Shown here: one piece after another, positions 55,705 through 64,000 of the stretch | How the letters are laid out: every line of letters begins with the position of its first letter | How positions within the stretch are numbered: the first letter of the stretch is position 1 | Origin: Actinomycetes bacterium | Lineage (GTDB): Bacteria > Actinomycetota > Acidimicrobiia > Acidimicrobiales > Bog-793 | Direction of reading: 5' to 3' | Assembly (NCBI GenBank): GCA_021829645.1 | Contig: JAKBPI010000001.1 | Location: forward strand, 7,206-71,205 | Length of the DNA: 64,000 nt | Notes under the pieces: generated by a model | Told to the model about the DNA's origin: nothing | The model's database searches: none | The model's input: the letters and a program-made list of their open reading frames with translations, nothing else | Position numbers and translations under genes: made by a program

Positions 55705-58332
55705 TTAACCGCCTTTTCGCATCAAAAGATTTGCCACCAGTCCGGTCCAGCCGGTCTGGTGTGAGGCACCCAGCCCATGACCGTCATCGCCATGAAAGTA
55801 TTCGTGGAAAAAAATCATATCGGTGCCGGGTTGTGATTGAAAGAACTCATATTCGCCAAATACAGGTCTGCGCCCGTTAGTGTCTTGGCGGAAAATAGAT
55901 ATGAGGCGCTCCGAGATGACATTGGCGACTTGTCGCAGTGACATCTCTTGTCCTGAACCCGTGGGACATTCAACCAAAAAGTCGTCTCCCAAATACGCGT
56001 AAAAACGCTCCAGAGCCTCTATTAGCAAGAAATTGATAGGGAACCATATAGGACCGCGCCAATTGGAGTTTCCTCCAAAAAGGCCTGAAACGGATTCCCC
56101 GGGTTCGTAATCGACGACAGCGATTAGGTTTTCTATTTCCAGTCTGAAAGGGTGGTCTTTGTGGTATCTGGAAACACTACGCAACCCGTATGGAGAAAGA
56201 AACTCTTCTTCATCAAGCATAATCTTTAACAGGTTTTTTAGCTTTTCCGGTTCCACTATGGAAAACAACTTAAAAGCATCTTTTTGCTTCCCGTGATTGC
56301 GTACCACATGCTGTGTCAATTCCGGTTTACGCTCAATAAACCATTCCATGTAAGCCGCAAAAGAATGCTCGTTTAGCTCAATCATCTCCGCCAAAGTCGA
56401 CGTTGCGCATAGAGGTATGAGACCCACTAGAGATTTTACTTTCAGTGGAATGTTTTCTCCGGAATCCAGACATAGCAGGTCATAATAGAAATTGTCTTCT
56501 TCGTTCCAAAGTCCCTGAGCATAAACTGCGCTGCCGATGTAGCCGAAGTGTTCAAAAAACTTTACCGCTACATCCTCGTAAATTATGTCCTTGCCGGCCA
56601 ATATAAGGGATATTTCCAACAAATTGAGACAGTACATGGCCATCCAAGAGGTCCCGTCTGATTGCTCCAAGATGCCGTTCATGGGTAACTGAGCAGAGCG
56701 ATCTATGGGGCCTATATTGTCAAGGCCCAAAAACCCTCCTTCAAATACGTTATTGCCCGCAGCGTCTTTTCTGTTTACCCACCAGGTAAAGTTAATAGTC
56801 AACTTGATGAGTATTTTTTCCAAAAAAGCGTAGTCTTGGGATCCGTCTATTTTAAAAATCTGCAAAGCAGCCCAGGCCTGTACCGGCGGGTTGACGTCGG
56901 AAAAAGCCCATTCATAAGCGGGCAGCTGCCCATTGGGATGCATATACCACTCGCGACAGAGCAATATAAGTTGTTCTTTGGCAAACTCGGGGTCGACATA
57001 GGCCAATGTTGCACAATGGAATGCCAGATCCCAAGCAGCGAACCAAGGGTATTCCCATTTATCGGGCATGGCTAAAATATCTTTGCTGTCCAAATGGCGC
57101 CACCCGGAATTACGGCCTTCTTTTCTACCCTCTGCAGGCGGTGGCTGGCCAGGGTCCCCATCCAGCCATTCCGCCACGTCGTAGTGATAATATTGTTTGG
57201 ACCATAGCATGGATGAAAATGCCCTTCGCAAGATAGACTTTTCATCTTCACTTAATGCGGGTGGCGTAAGGGCTGCATAAAATTCATCGGCATCCAATAA
57301 AGCCGAGCTCATAGTGTCATCCCAGTCTTTTCCTAAGTCGCACGATTGAGAATCAGACAACCTTACTTTGATACAAAGAGTTTCATGTGCCGGAATTTCC
57401 AATTTATACAAGAAACCCGCCTTAGTACCGGAATTCCTCTCTTCGAAATCTTTATCGCCCAGAAGATAGTCATTAAAGTAATCTTTAAAGGGACCTTCTT
57501 TTTCTACCTCGAATAGCTTGGGGTAATTTGTTTCGTTTTCCGTCATCAGAAGCGTCGGCGAGCCATCCGCAATAAGATACATATCACCTAGGTAAATATG
57601 ATTTGCCTTTAGCTTACTCTCATCAATTTTCTCGATAATCGGTTTTCGCGAGTCTCTTCCGTATGACCAAGTATTTCTGAACCAAAGAGTGGGGATGACG
57701 TCAATAGTCGCCGCTTCATCTGAGGGATTTGTGATGAGAAGTTTAATACAGTAGTCCGTAGGTGATTTTTTGGCATATTCGGCTACTATGTCAAAATAAC
57801 GGTTATTGTCCAGCACATGGGTATCGACAAGTTCATACTCTTTTTGCAGCTTACCCCTGGTGCGATTGACATCGACTAAATCTTCGTAGGGGAAGGCCTC
57901 CATAGGGTAGATGTAACGCCATTTCATATAAGAATGGGTGGGTGTGGAGTCAAGGTACCACCAATATTCTTTGGCGTCTTCACCGTGATTTCCCTCGTTC
58001 CCAGTCAGACCGAATATTCTCTCTTTGATGATCGGGTCTTTACCGTTCCAAAACGCAAACCCAAAACATAGGAATTGATGATCGTCACATATGGCACCCA
58101 ATCCATCTTCACTCCACCTATAAGCCCTAGATCTGGCGTGATCATGGGGAAAATAGTCCCAAGCCGTACCCCCATCGCTATAGTCTTCCCTTACCGTGCC
58201 CCAAGCTCTTTCTGAGACGTAAGGCCCCCACTTCTTCCAGAGTTCCCCGTTGTCTCTAAGTCTGCCATGTTCTTTAGAAGAAAGATTACGGACTTCTTGT
58301 CTTGTATTTTTTATAGGTGTATCTTTAGCCAT
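55705..58332 (-). CDS. Large GH63-like (alpha/alpha)6 glucosidase family protein
   Basis: WEYPWFAAWDLAFH, HPNGQLPAYEW, GGFLGLDNIG, EQSDGTSWMAMY. Start trimmed to ATG at 58332 (MAKDTPIKN) so that it does not overlap the divergent gene. Confidence 0.7.
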   Translation of the reverse strand: MAKDTPIKNTRQEVRNLSSKEHGRLRDNGELWKKWGPYVSERAWGTVREDYSDGGTAWDYFPHDHARSRAYRWSEDGLGAICDDHQFLCFGFAFWNGKDPIIKERIFGLTGNEGNHGEDAKEYWWYLDSTPTHSYMKWRYIYPMEAFPYEDLVDVNRTRGKLQKEYELVDTHVLDNNRYFDIVAEYAKKSPTDYCIKLLITNPSDEAATIDVIPTLWFRNTWSYGRDSRKPIIEKIDESKLKANHIYLGDMYLIADGSPTLLMTENETNYPKLFEVEKEGPFKDYFNDYLLGDKDFEERNSGTKAGFLYKLEIPAHETLCIKVRLSDSQSCDLGKDWDDTMSSALLDADEFYAALTPPALSEDEKSILRRAFSSMLWSKQYYHYDVAEWLDGDPGQPPPAEGRKEGRNSGWRHLDSKDILAMPDKWEYPWFAAWDLAFHCATLAYVDPEFAKEQLILLCREWYMHPNGQLPAYEWAFSDVNPPVQAWAALQIFKIDGSQDYAFLEKILIKLTINFTWWVNRKDAAGNNVFEGGFLGLDNIGPIDRSAQLPMNGILEQSDGTSWMAMYCLNLLEISLILAGKDIIYEDVAVKFFEHFGYIGSAVYAQGLWNEEDNFYYDLLCLDSGENIPLKVKSLVGLIPLCATSTLAEMIELNEHSFAAYMEWFIERKPELTQHVVRNHGKQKDAFKLFSIVEPEKLKNLLKIMLDEEEFLSPYGLRSVSRYHKDHPFRLEIENLIAVVDYEPGESVSGLFGGNSNWRGPIWFPINFLLIEALERFYAYLGDDFLVECPTGSGQEMSLRQVANVISERLISIFRQDTNGRRPVFGEYEFFQSQPGTDMIFFHEYFHGDDGHGLGASHQTGWTGLVANLLMRKGG

Positions 58333-58360
58333 TGTTACAGTCTTGCAAAACGGAGAGCTC

Positions 58361-60301
58361 ATGACAAGAGGAATTGTATTCGGAAGACAAATTTGTGGAA
58401 ATTTAGAAGAATCTTCCGCAAGAGAGTGGTTGTGCACAGACGCTCTTGGGGGGTTTGCTTTCGGCACTGTAGCAGGTCTTAGAACCAGACGCTACCATGG
58501 ACTCCTCATAGCGGCAAACGAAACTGCCAGCAGCAGAAATCTGGCTTTGGCCGCCTTGGATTTAACCGTAAAAATAAACGATAAGCCCTTTCAAATGGCC
58601 ACACACGAATGGGCCAACGGAGTTATCAGCCCCACCGGTTATATTTACCTGGAACGCTTCGAAATACAAGAAGGCATCCCGAAGTGGTACTTCAATATCG
58701 GTGAAGTGACGTTAACAGTTGAGGTAGCCATGGATTACGGCAACCCGGCCGTAGAGGTGTCTTATTGCCTAGAGCATTCTCCGGATCCTCTTGAAATCGA
58801 AATAAAGCCTCTCTGCACTTGGCGTAATGCTGACCAAGAAAGATTCGGCACGCAAACACCCAAGATAGACAAATACGGGGAAGGCTTTGTCTTTGAAGAT
58901 GCTTTTTTTGTAGAAGGACCTGGTTATCTACAAAACGGATTGGATTGGTATAGAGGGGTCTATTATCGAGTTGAAGAGGCAAGAGGTCTTCCGCCCACGG
59001 AAGACCTCTTTTGTGCAGGAACTTTTCATAAAGTGCTTTCCCCCGGCGAAACAACTTATGTACAGGCTTGGGCAAAAGCAACCGGGAAAAAACCGGAACC
59101 GAATTTGGCTGAGAGATCGCGCAGACGCCGAACCGGTCTGTATGTCCAAGCCAAAGCCAACACAGATACCGCCAAACTCCTCTCCGGAGCCGCTGATCAA
59201 TTCATCATCAAAGGCCCTAACGTTATAGCGGGCTATCCTTGGTTTGGGGTATGGTCACGCGACGCCTTAATTAGCTATCCCGGTCTCTTTCTTAGCACAA
59301 GGCGCTTCACAGAAGGTCGGGCTTTTCTGAAGCAAATGTGTAATGAGATTGTGGACGGTCTTTTACCCAACACCACCATCGGCCAAGACAGGATGTATAA
59401 CAGCGTAGATGCTCCCCTCTGGCTCATCCAAGCCGTATTTTCCCACTACAGAGTAACGAGAGACAAGGACTTACTAAACGAGGTTCTTCCAAGTTTGACC
59501 GGTATCGTTACGAACTATACAAACGGCACAAAATACAACATCGGGCTTGACCAAAACGACTTCTTAATTTCTTGTGGCACCACAAATACTGCTCTTACGT
59601 GGATGGACGCCAGAATCAATGACGTTCCGGTCACCATGCGAGCCGGTAAACCAGTCGAAGTAAACGCCCTTTGGGTAAATGGTTTACAGATTATGGAGAC
59701 AATAGCTTCTTTGTGTGGACAGAGTAATGCGACATTTGGTTCTCTCTACAACAAAGCATTGGCAAGTTTCCAAAAGCGCTACCCTAACCCCAATAAAGCC
59801 GGTTTGTATGACGTTGTAGACTCTTATGAAGATCCGACGACTTCCACAAAGCGAAACGACGACAGTTGCAGGCCAAATCAATTGTTGGCCCTCGCATTGG
59901 GATTGTTTGACGACCATATAGGTACAAAAGATCCATATCACATCATGGAAAGCGTCGCACCGCTAGTTACTCATCTGGGACTTAGAACGCTCTCGCCTTT
60001 GGATCCAAGATATATGGGTCAACACAGAGGTAACCAATATCAAAGGGATATGGCCTACCACCAGGGAACTATCTGGCCATATCTCTTGGAGCACTATACC
60101 ATAGGACTACAAAAAACTAACAGGGCATACGATATCTTCAGAGATGCCCTGGAAAACCACCTTTTTGATTATGGTCTTGGATCTATATCGGAAACGCTAG
60201 AAGGGGATCCCCCTCATGTGGCAACAGGGTGCCCTTTCCAGGCTTGGTCTGTCGCAGCGTTCTTCAAAATATTCAACGAAAAAGATATAGCAAAACTATA
60301 A
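58361..60301 (+). CDS. Glycogen-debranching-enzyme-type amylo-alpha-1,6-glucosidase (bacterial GDE_N + GDE_C)
   Basis: REWLCTDALGGFAFGTVAGLRTRRYHGLL (N-domain), GYPWFGVWSRDALISYPGL, YHQGTIWPY, CPFQAWSVAA. ATG at 58361 with GGAGAG upstream is preferred over the track start at 58250. Confidence 0.8.
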   Translation: MTRGIVFGRQICGNLEESSAREWLCTDALGGFAFGTVAGLRTRRYHGLLIAANETASSRNLALAALDLTVKINDKPFQMATHEWANGVISPTGYIYLERFEIQEGIPKWYFNIGEVTLTVEVAMDYGNPAVEVSYCLEHSPDPLEIEIKPLCTWRNADQERFGTQTPKIDKYGEGFVFEDAFFVEGPGYLQNGLDWYRGVYYRVEEARGLPPTEDLFCAGTFHKVLSPGETTYVQAWAKATGKKPEPNLAERSRRRRTGLYVQAKANTDTAKLLSGAADQFIIKGPNVIAGYPWFGVWSRDALISYPGLFLSTRRFTEGRAFLKQMCNEIVDGLLPNTTIGQDRMYNSVDAPLWLIQAVFSHYRVTRDKDLLNEVLPSLTGIVTNYTNGTKYNIGLDQNDFLISCGTTNTALTWMDARINDVPVTMRAGKPVEVNALWVNGLQIMETIASLCGQSNATFGSLYNKALASFQKRYPNPNKAGLYDVVDSYEDPTTSTKRNDDSCRPNQLLALALGLFDDHIGTKDPYHIMESVAPLVTHLGLRTLSPLDPRYMGQHRGNQYQRDMAYHQGTIWPYLLEHYTIGLQKTNRAYDIFRDALENHLFDYGLGSISETLEGDPPHVATGCPFQAWSVAAFFKIFNEKDIAKL

Positions 60302-61128
60302 CTTATTAATACTCACCCATTTAGTAGGGACTTTTATAGTGGATGCTTTGTTCCAATCAGAAAAGCTCATAACGGTATTAAATTCTTTTTTGGTTAGCAC
60401 AATTTTGATGGGCAAGTAACTGCGTGTAGATATGTAAAAATTCTCAGTCGCGTACGTAGGCGAGGAGGCAGAGCCAACATTCACTTTGATCGATATATCA
60501 TAAGCAACAGTCTTGTCAATCACAACGTTCTTACCCAAATGTGAAGCTTTGGGAGAGAGGTTTAGGGAAGATAAAAAAGGAGCTATTTCCATACCAGATG
60601 ATGCGCTTACATACAGCGGATTATTACGACTTATTGCCACCCACCTATTTTTCGCTCTGCCTGCCTGAGTTACACTCAAGTCACAAAAAGTTCCCATAAA
60701 CAGCATGTTGCCACTACAATACACCACACCATAACTTAGAATCACCCTTCCGGATCCTAACTCATGGTTGATAACTATTGACCCATGTGTGTCTCAGAGT
60801 TTTTACCTAAAACTCCTTGAATATTCATAGAAACATCCTCACCACTCACGATACCGCTACTCGTCTCATCCAGCACCACAGATCGCTTACGGGAGGCATC
60901 TTGGCGGAGTCGATCTAAGATAGTAGTCAGTGTAATTTTAGTTTTCTTTAAAGAGGTACTTCGCAAATTTAATTTATCGCCCTTAGGTGCCACTAAGGCA
61001 TTAGAGTTGCCCTGGAACTCAATTTTTCTCGCCATACTATCGGCACCGGCTGCCGTAGCGTTAAACCACCCCAAAAGCAAGAAGCATACTCCCAAAATAG
61101 GCATCAAAATAAAGCTTCTATCTCTCAA
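60296..61128 (-). pseudogene. Frameshifted member of the local secreted-protein paralog family (two ORFs, 60775..61128 and 60296..60745, that join after a -2/+1 shift near 60786-60792)
   Basis: The upstream ORF matches the signal peptide plus N-terminal half of the paralogs at 61592 and 62987, and the downstream ORF matches their C-terminal half. Removing one AC unit from the acacaca tract gives ..SETHGSIVINHELGSGRVILSYGVVYCSG.., which aligns without gaps to ..VIVGKKSGHLTQILSNGVAYCKG.. Confidence 0.55.
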
Positions 61129-61591
61129 AGCCTTCTCCTTCTTAAGCGATTACCACAGTACAAAAATTTTTATCTGATCTGATAACAAATAGTAGTTGCT
61201 TTACGTAGGCAATGCTAGTTTACTTAATGCTTTGCGTCAATCCTACTTTTTAGATACCTTCTCTATATCTTACTGCTTGAGTTTACCTATTTACAATGAC
61301 CTTCAGAGATAACTTTTTATTCACTATTTCGAGCAATCAATGCATAATTTCAGTTTTTTAGCAAGAGGTAGCAGAAATGCTTATCTACAAGCGTCAGTTG
61401 CTAAAAAGGAAAACATAAGTTAAAAGTTTCTATTTTGGCTCATTTACACTTGGACATTTACATCAGAAAGAATAATCTGTCCCAAGGTAGCCATAAAATA
61501 TATATCCTCTGATAGCAATATTCTTCATTTTATGAAGACTCTCTATACCGAGAGCATAGACTAAGATTTGCCTATATCAAAGCATATTTAT

Positions 61592-62467
61592 TTACAATTG
61601 ATATATACTAACAACTTTCTTGGGAGCCTTGAAAACATGACGCCTGTTCCAATCGACAAAAGTAACTTTTTCCGTAATTCCTCTTGCACCAATCGTTAAC
61701 ATTACCGGTAAATAGCTTCCATTGGTAGCTACATATACATTCTCATCTAGGCCCTTAGGAAACACCGCGCTTACACTGCGTGCAAGAGTCCCCCTTATGT
61801 CGTAGGTCATAATGCCTTTAACCATAGCAGTCTTAGCTATATGGGGATTTTGGAAAGCATTTAGGATATCCGTAAAAAATAATGAGTGCATTGTCGTGCC
61901 ATTTTTTATGGCAGAATAAAGTGCATTGTTTCTTGGAACCCTAACCCAGTTATTAAGAGCCGCTTCTGCTTCGGTAGAATTAAAACCACAGGAGTTTTCC
62001 AAGCCTAAAATTCCGCCTTTACAATATAAAGCACTTGATTTAAGTATTAGAGTTACACGACTTGATTTTGCTCCGACGCGCACAATCGCCTTTATCTCGG
62101 CACTACTTTTTCCAATATTTCGCCTACTCCGGATATATGCATTGACATTGCCTATCACAAGATGTATTGTTCCCTCCGTGGTAACAGATTGTTCTGTGGC
62201 AAGCGTTTTGCGAAGCATACCCCATACATAACCGATACTTTCAATACCTTGGCCCTTGCTGGAATCGATACTGGTATTTTGCATACCTGATTCACTATAC
62301 AGCATTGAATTCGAGCCAAAAAAAGTGCCCTTGGATGTAGTATCCCTCATGCTAATATTGACAGCGCCCGCTGTTTGGGAAACAAGTGAAAAGAGCACTA
62401 AACAAGTAGCTACTACACCTGTTAGGGCTCCTATTTTATATTTCTTGTAATTGGTTTTATCTAACAC
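61592..62467 (-). CDS. Secreted protein of unknown function, paralog family member
   Basis: Signal peptide (..LVSQTAGA/VN). Conserved YCKGG.LGLE..CG, NGSYLP and C-terminal FVDWN....FKAPKKVVSIYQL shared with 62987..63856 and the split copy. Confidence 0.6.
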   Translation of the reverse strand: MLDKTNYKKYKIGALTGVVATCLVLFSLVSQTAGAVNISMRDTTSKGTFFGSNSMLYSESGMQNTSIDSSKGQGIESIGYVWGMLRKTLATEQSVTTEGTIHLVIGNVNAYIRSRRNIGKSSAEIKAIVRVGAKSSRVTLILKSSALYCKGGILGLENSCGFNSTEAEAALNNWVRVPRNNALYSAIKNGTTMHSLFFTDILNAFQNPHIAKTAMVKGIMTYDIRGTLARSVSAVFPKGLDENVYVATNGSYLPVMLTIGARGITEKVTFVDWNRRHVFKAPKKVVSIYQL

Positions 62468-62703
62468 ATATTCTCCATTTGCCCGTTACGATATTTATCT
62501 ACAAATATATATAGCACAGAATCTTTAATTGCCAATACTTAGTAGTGATGAAAAATACTTTTCACTACGAATTGGAAACATTAGAAAATGATTGCTACTT
62601 CAACCAAACAGCAAAAGATCATGCATTACTGAGAATGTTGTACTGTGTTCTACTTATTCGCGAATTCTACTTCATTAGCTGTTTCAAGTTGTCATACCGT
62701 GAA

Positions 62704-62737
62704 GAATACAGGAGTACTAAGAATACAGGAGTACTAA
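62704..62737. repeat. 17-bp exact tandem direct repeat (gaatacaggagtactaa x2) in an AT-rich spacer
   Basis: 62704-62720 is identical to 62721-62737. Confidence 0.9.
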
Positions 62738-62986
62738 AGCCATACTATCTACTAGCAATATAGATTACGATTTGCCGAGTAGCAAAGCTCCACTACTCAT
62801 TGATGCTCTTTTCTGGGCGCGTGCTTCTGCAGTAAAATTCACATTCCATAAAGTCATCTTTTTTGATAGCGTCTTTCCTGGTTAGCCATTATTGCTGAGG
62901 CACCTGTACTTAGTTGATAATAACTATGCCGGGGCCGCTTAGGCTAAACCGGTGGCCCTATAAAAGCATAATGAGCAGGTATAGTA

Positions 62987-63856
62987 CTACAACTTATTTA
63001 TACTTGTAGATTTCGTAGGTGCTTTGGGTGTTGCAGCCTTACCCCAATTCGAGAAATCAACTACTTCAGCCACACCTTGTGTGCTTAGTTCTACTTTTTG
63101 CGGTAAGTAGCTTCCATTAGCTGCCACATAAAAATTTTCACTGACTCCCTTGGGCAAAGTTGAACTTATGGTTCCTGGCACAGTACCGTATATATAATAA
63201 GATGTAACTTTGTTGACCACCGCGTTTTTACCCAAACGATAAGACGTAAGAGAAGACGGAAACATACTGGAAAAGGCCGCGCTGATCGTCATGTCACCGG
63301 CAGCATTTTTATACAGTATGTTGCTCTTAGGTATCGCTATCCAGCCATTTTTTGCTTTATTTGCTTGGCTTGTGTTCAGTCCGCAACCGTACTCCAATCC
63401 TATAACGTCACCTTTACAATAGGCAACACCGTTGCTAAGTATTTGAGTTAGATGTCCCGATTTCTTTCCCACTATCACCAAGTCTTCTAATTCCCCGGCA
63501 TTTTTTGTGATATTGCCTTGGGAGTGCTCGAGTATGTGCCCGTTGGCAACCCCAAAGCTGGCACCAATTTTGACTGAAACAGAGCTTTCTGCAGCAACTT
63601 TTTTGCGTGCTGCACTCAAAATATTTGACAGTCTTTCAATATTTTGATTTGAGCTATTTTTTGTCTTTTTCGGATTTAACTTGTGTGCTTTGTTAGGTTC
63701 AACGCTAAAGTGTGCACCTCTTGAATCAGTGTTTTTAACACTGAAGCCGGCGGCGCCTGCTTCAGAAATAAAAAACACTGAAGAAGCAAGTAGTGCTCCT
63801 GTAACGCTCAGTAACAGGAGGGTCTTGTATGTATGACTTTGCAATCGATTTTTCAC
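62987..63856 (-). CDS. Secreted protein of unknown function, paralog family member
   Basis: Signal peptide (..FFISEAGA/AG). YCKGDVIGLEYGCG, NGSYLP, C-terminal FSNWGKAATPKAPTKSTSINKL. Confidence 0.6.
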   Translation of the reverse strand: MKNRLQSHTYKTLLLLSVTGALLASSVFFISEAGAAGFSVKNTDSRGAHFSVEPNKAHKLNPKKTKNSSNQNIERLSNILSAARKKVAAESSVSVKIGASFGVANGHILEHSQGNITKNAGELEDLVIVGKKSGHLTQILSNGVAYCKGDVIGLEYGCGLNTSQANKAKNGWIAIPKSNILYKNAAGDMTISAAFSSMFPSSLTSYRLGKNAVVNKVTSYYIYGTVPGTISSTLPKGVSENFYVAANGSYLPQKVELSTQGVAEVVDFSNWGKAATPKAPTKSTSINKL

Positions 63857-64000
63857 GCATTCTCCAAAATTTGATTGAGATAAATCACTACCTCTTCAAA
63901 CAGTATATTACCTAGCAGACGTATCGATAGCCGGTTTTGTCATAACTAAACATTCCATAAAGCATCATGCTCACAATTCATTTTGTTCATAAAATCTTGA

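Noticed and set aside
58250-58467. ORF-track N-terminal extensions that make the GH63-like and GDE genes overlap by about 220 nt
   Set aside because: The family-typical N-termini begin later (MAKDTPIKN at 58332; MTRGIVFGRQ..REWLCTDALGGF at 58361, with an SD). The extensions have no homology-like features.
62545-62763. 72-aa ORF in the AT-rich spacer
   Set aside because: It has no SD, is Tyr/Phe/Leu/Cys-rich as expected from AT-rich non-coding DNA, and is interrupted by the 17-bp tandem repeat. It is treated as chance.
60296-64000. Mobile-element signatures around the AT-rich islands (integrase, transposase, flanking tRNA, terminal inverted or direct repeats)
   Set aside because: None was found on either strand. 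The islands are called only on composition and gene content.
1-64000. tRNA, rRNA or tmRNA genes in the intergenic gaps
   Set aside because: No cloverleaf-compatible segment (GTTCRANNC T-loop with matching acceptor stems) was recognised in any gap longer than 70 nt. This is a visual scan only, so tRNAscan or Infernal should confirm it.

Overview
This 64-kb window reads like a chromosomal segment of a moderate- to low-GC actinobacterium. The markers are a WhiB-family regulator, a Lys/Ala-rich TopA tail, topA-tmk-holB synteny, a PASTA Ser/Thr kinase, gatCAB, and a TrkA pair beside an APC permease. All calls come from reading the translations and the DNA by eye; no database or HMM search was possible.

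Most of the window is housekeeping:
- ilvB (partial) and ilvD, with a Val-rich leader-peptide attenuator that the ORF track misses
- an OmpR/HK pair divergent from a NOX-like bis-heme reductase + FMN-binding protein + ApbE module
- gatCAB and a PASTA kinase
- a Dpp-like peptide ABC transporter divergent from a DmpA/S58 peptidase
- holB-tmk-topA, an APC permease and trkA-trkA
- a group 1/2 sigma factor
- glnA followed by a pseudo-receiver OmpR-type regulator
- RidA, IscA-like, Mrp and WhiB
- a divergent GH63-like / debranching-enzyme pair

Two compositionally deviant (AT-richer) accessory segments stand out.
1. 8.4-22.4 kb is a glycan-assembly island. It is built from repeated GT-A/GT4 modules, GT-C membrane proteins and two paralogous SAM methyltransferases attached to long coiled coils. 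One coiled coil carries a near-perfect 33-bp (11-residue) tandem repeat. I read this as a possible coiled-coil 'ruler' plus methyl-capping chain-termination system, and it is the best candidate for something undescribed.
2. 60.3-64 kb is an array of three paralogous secreted proteins separated by long AT-rich spacers. One copy is split by a frameshift at a short (CA)n tract.

I found no rRNA, tRNA, CRISPR array, transposase or integrase.
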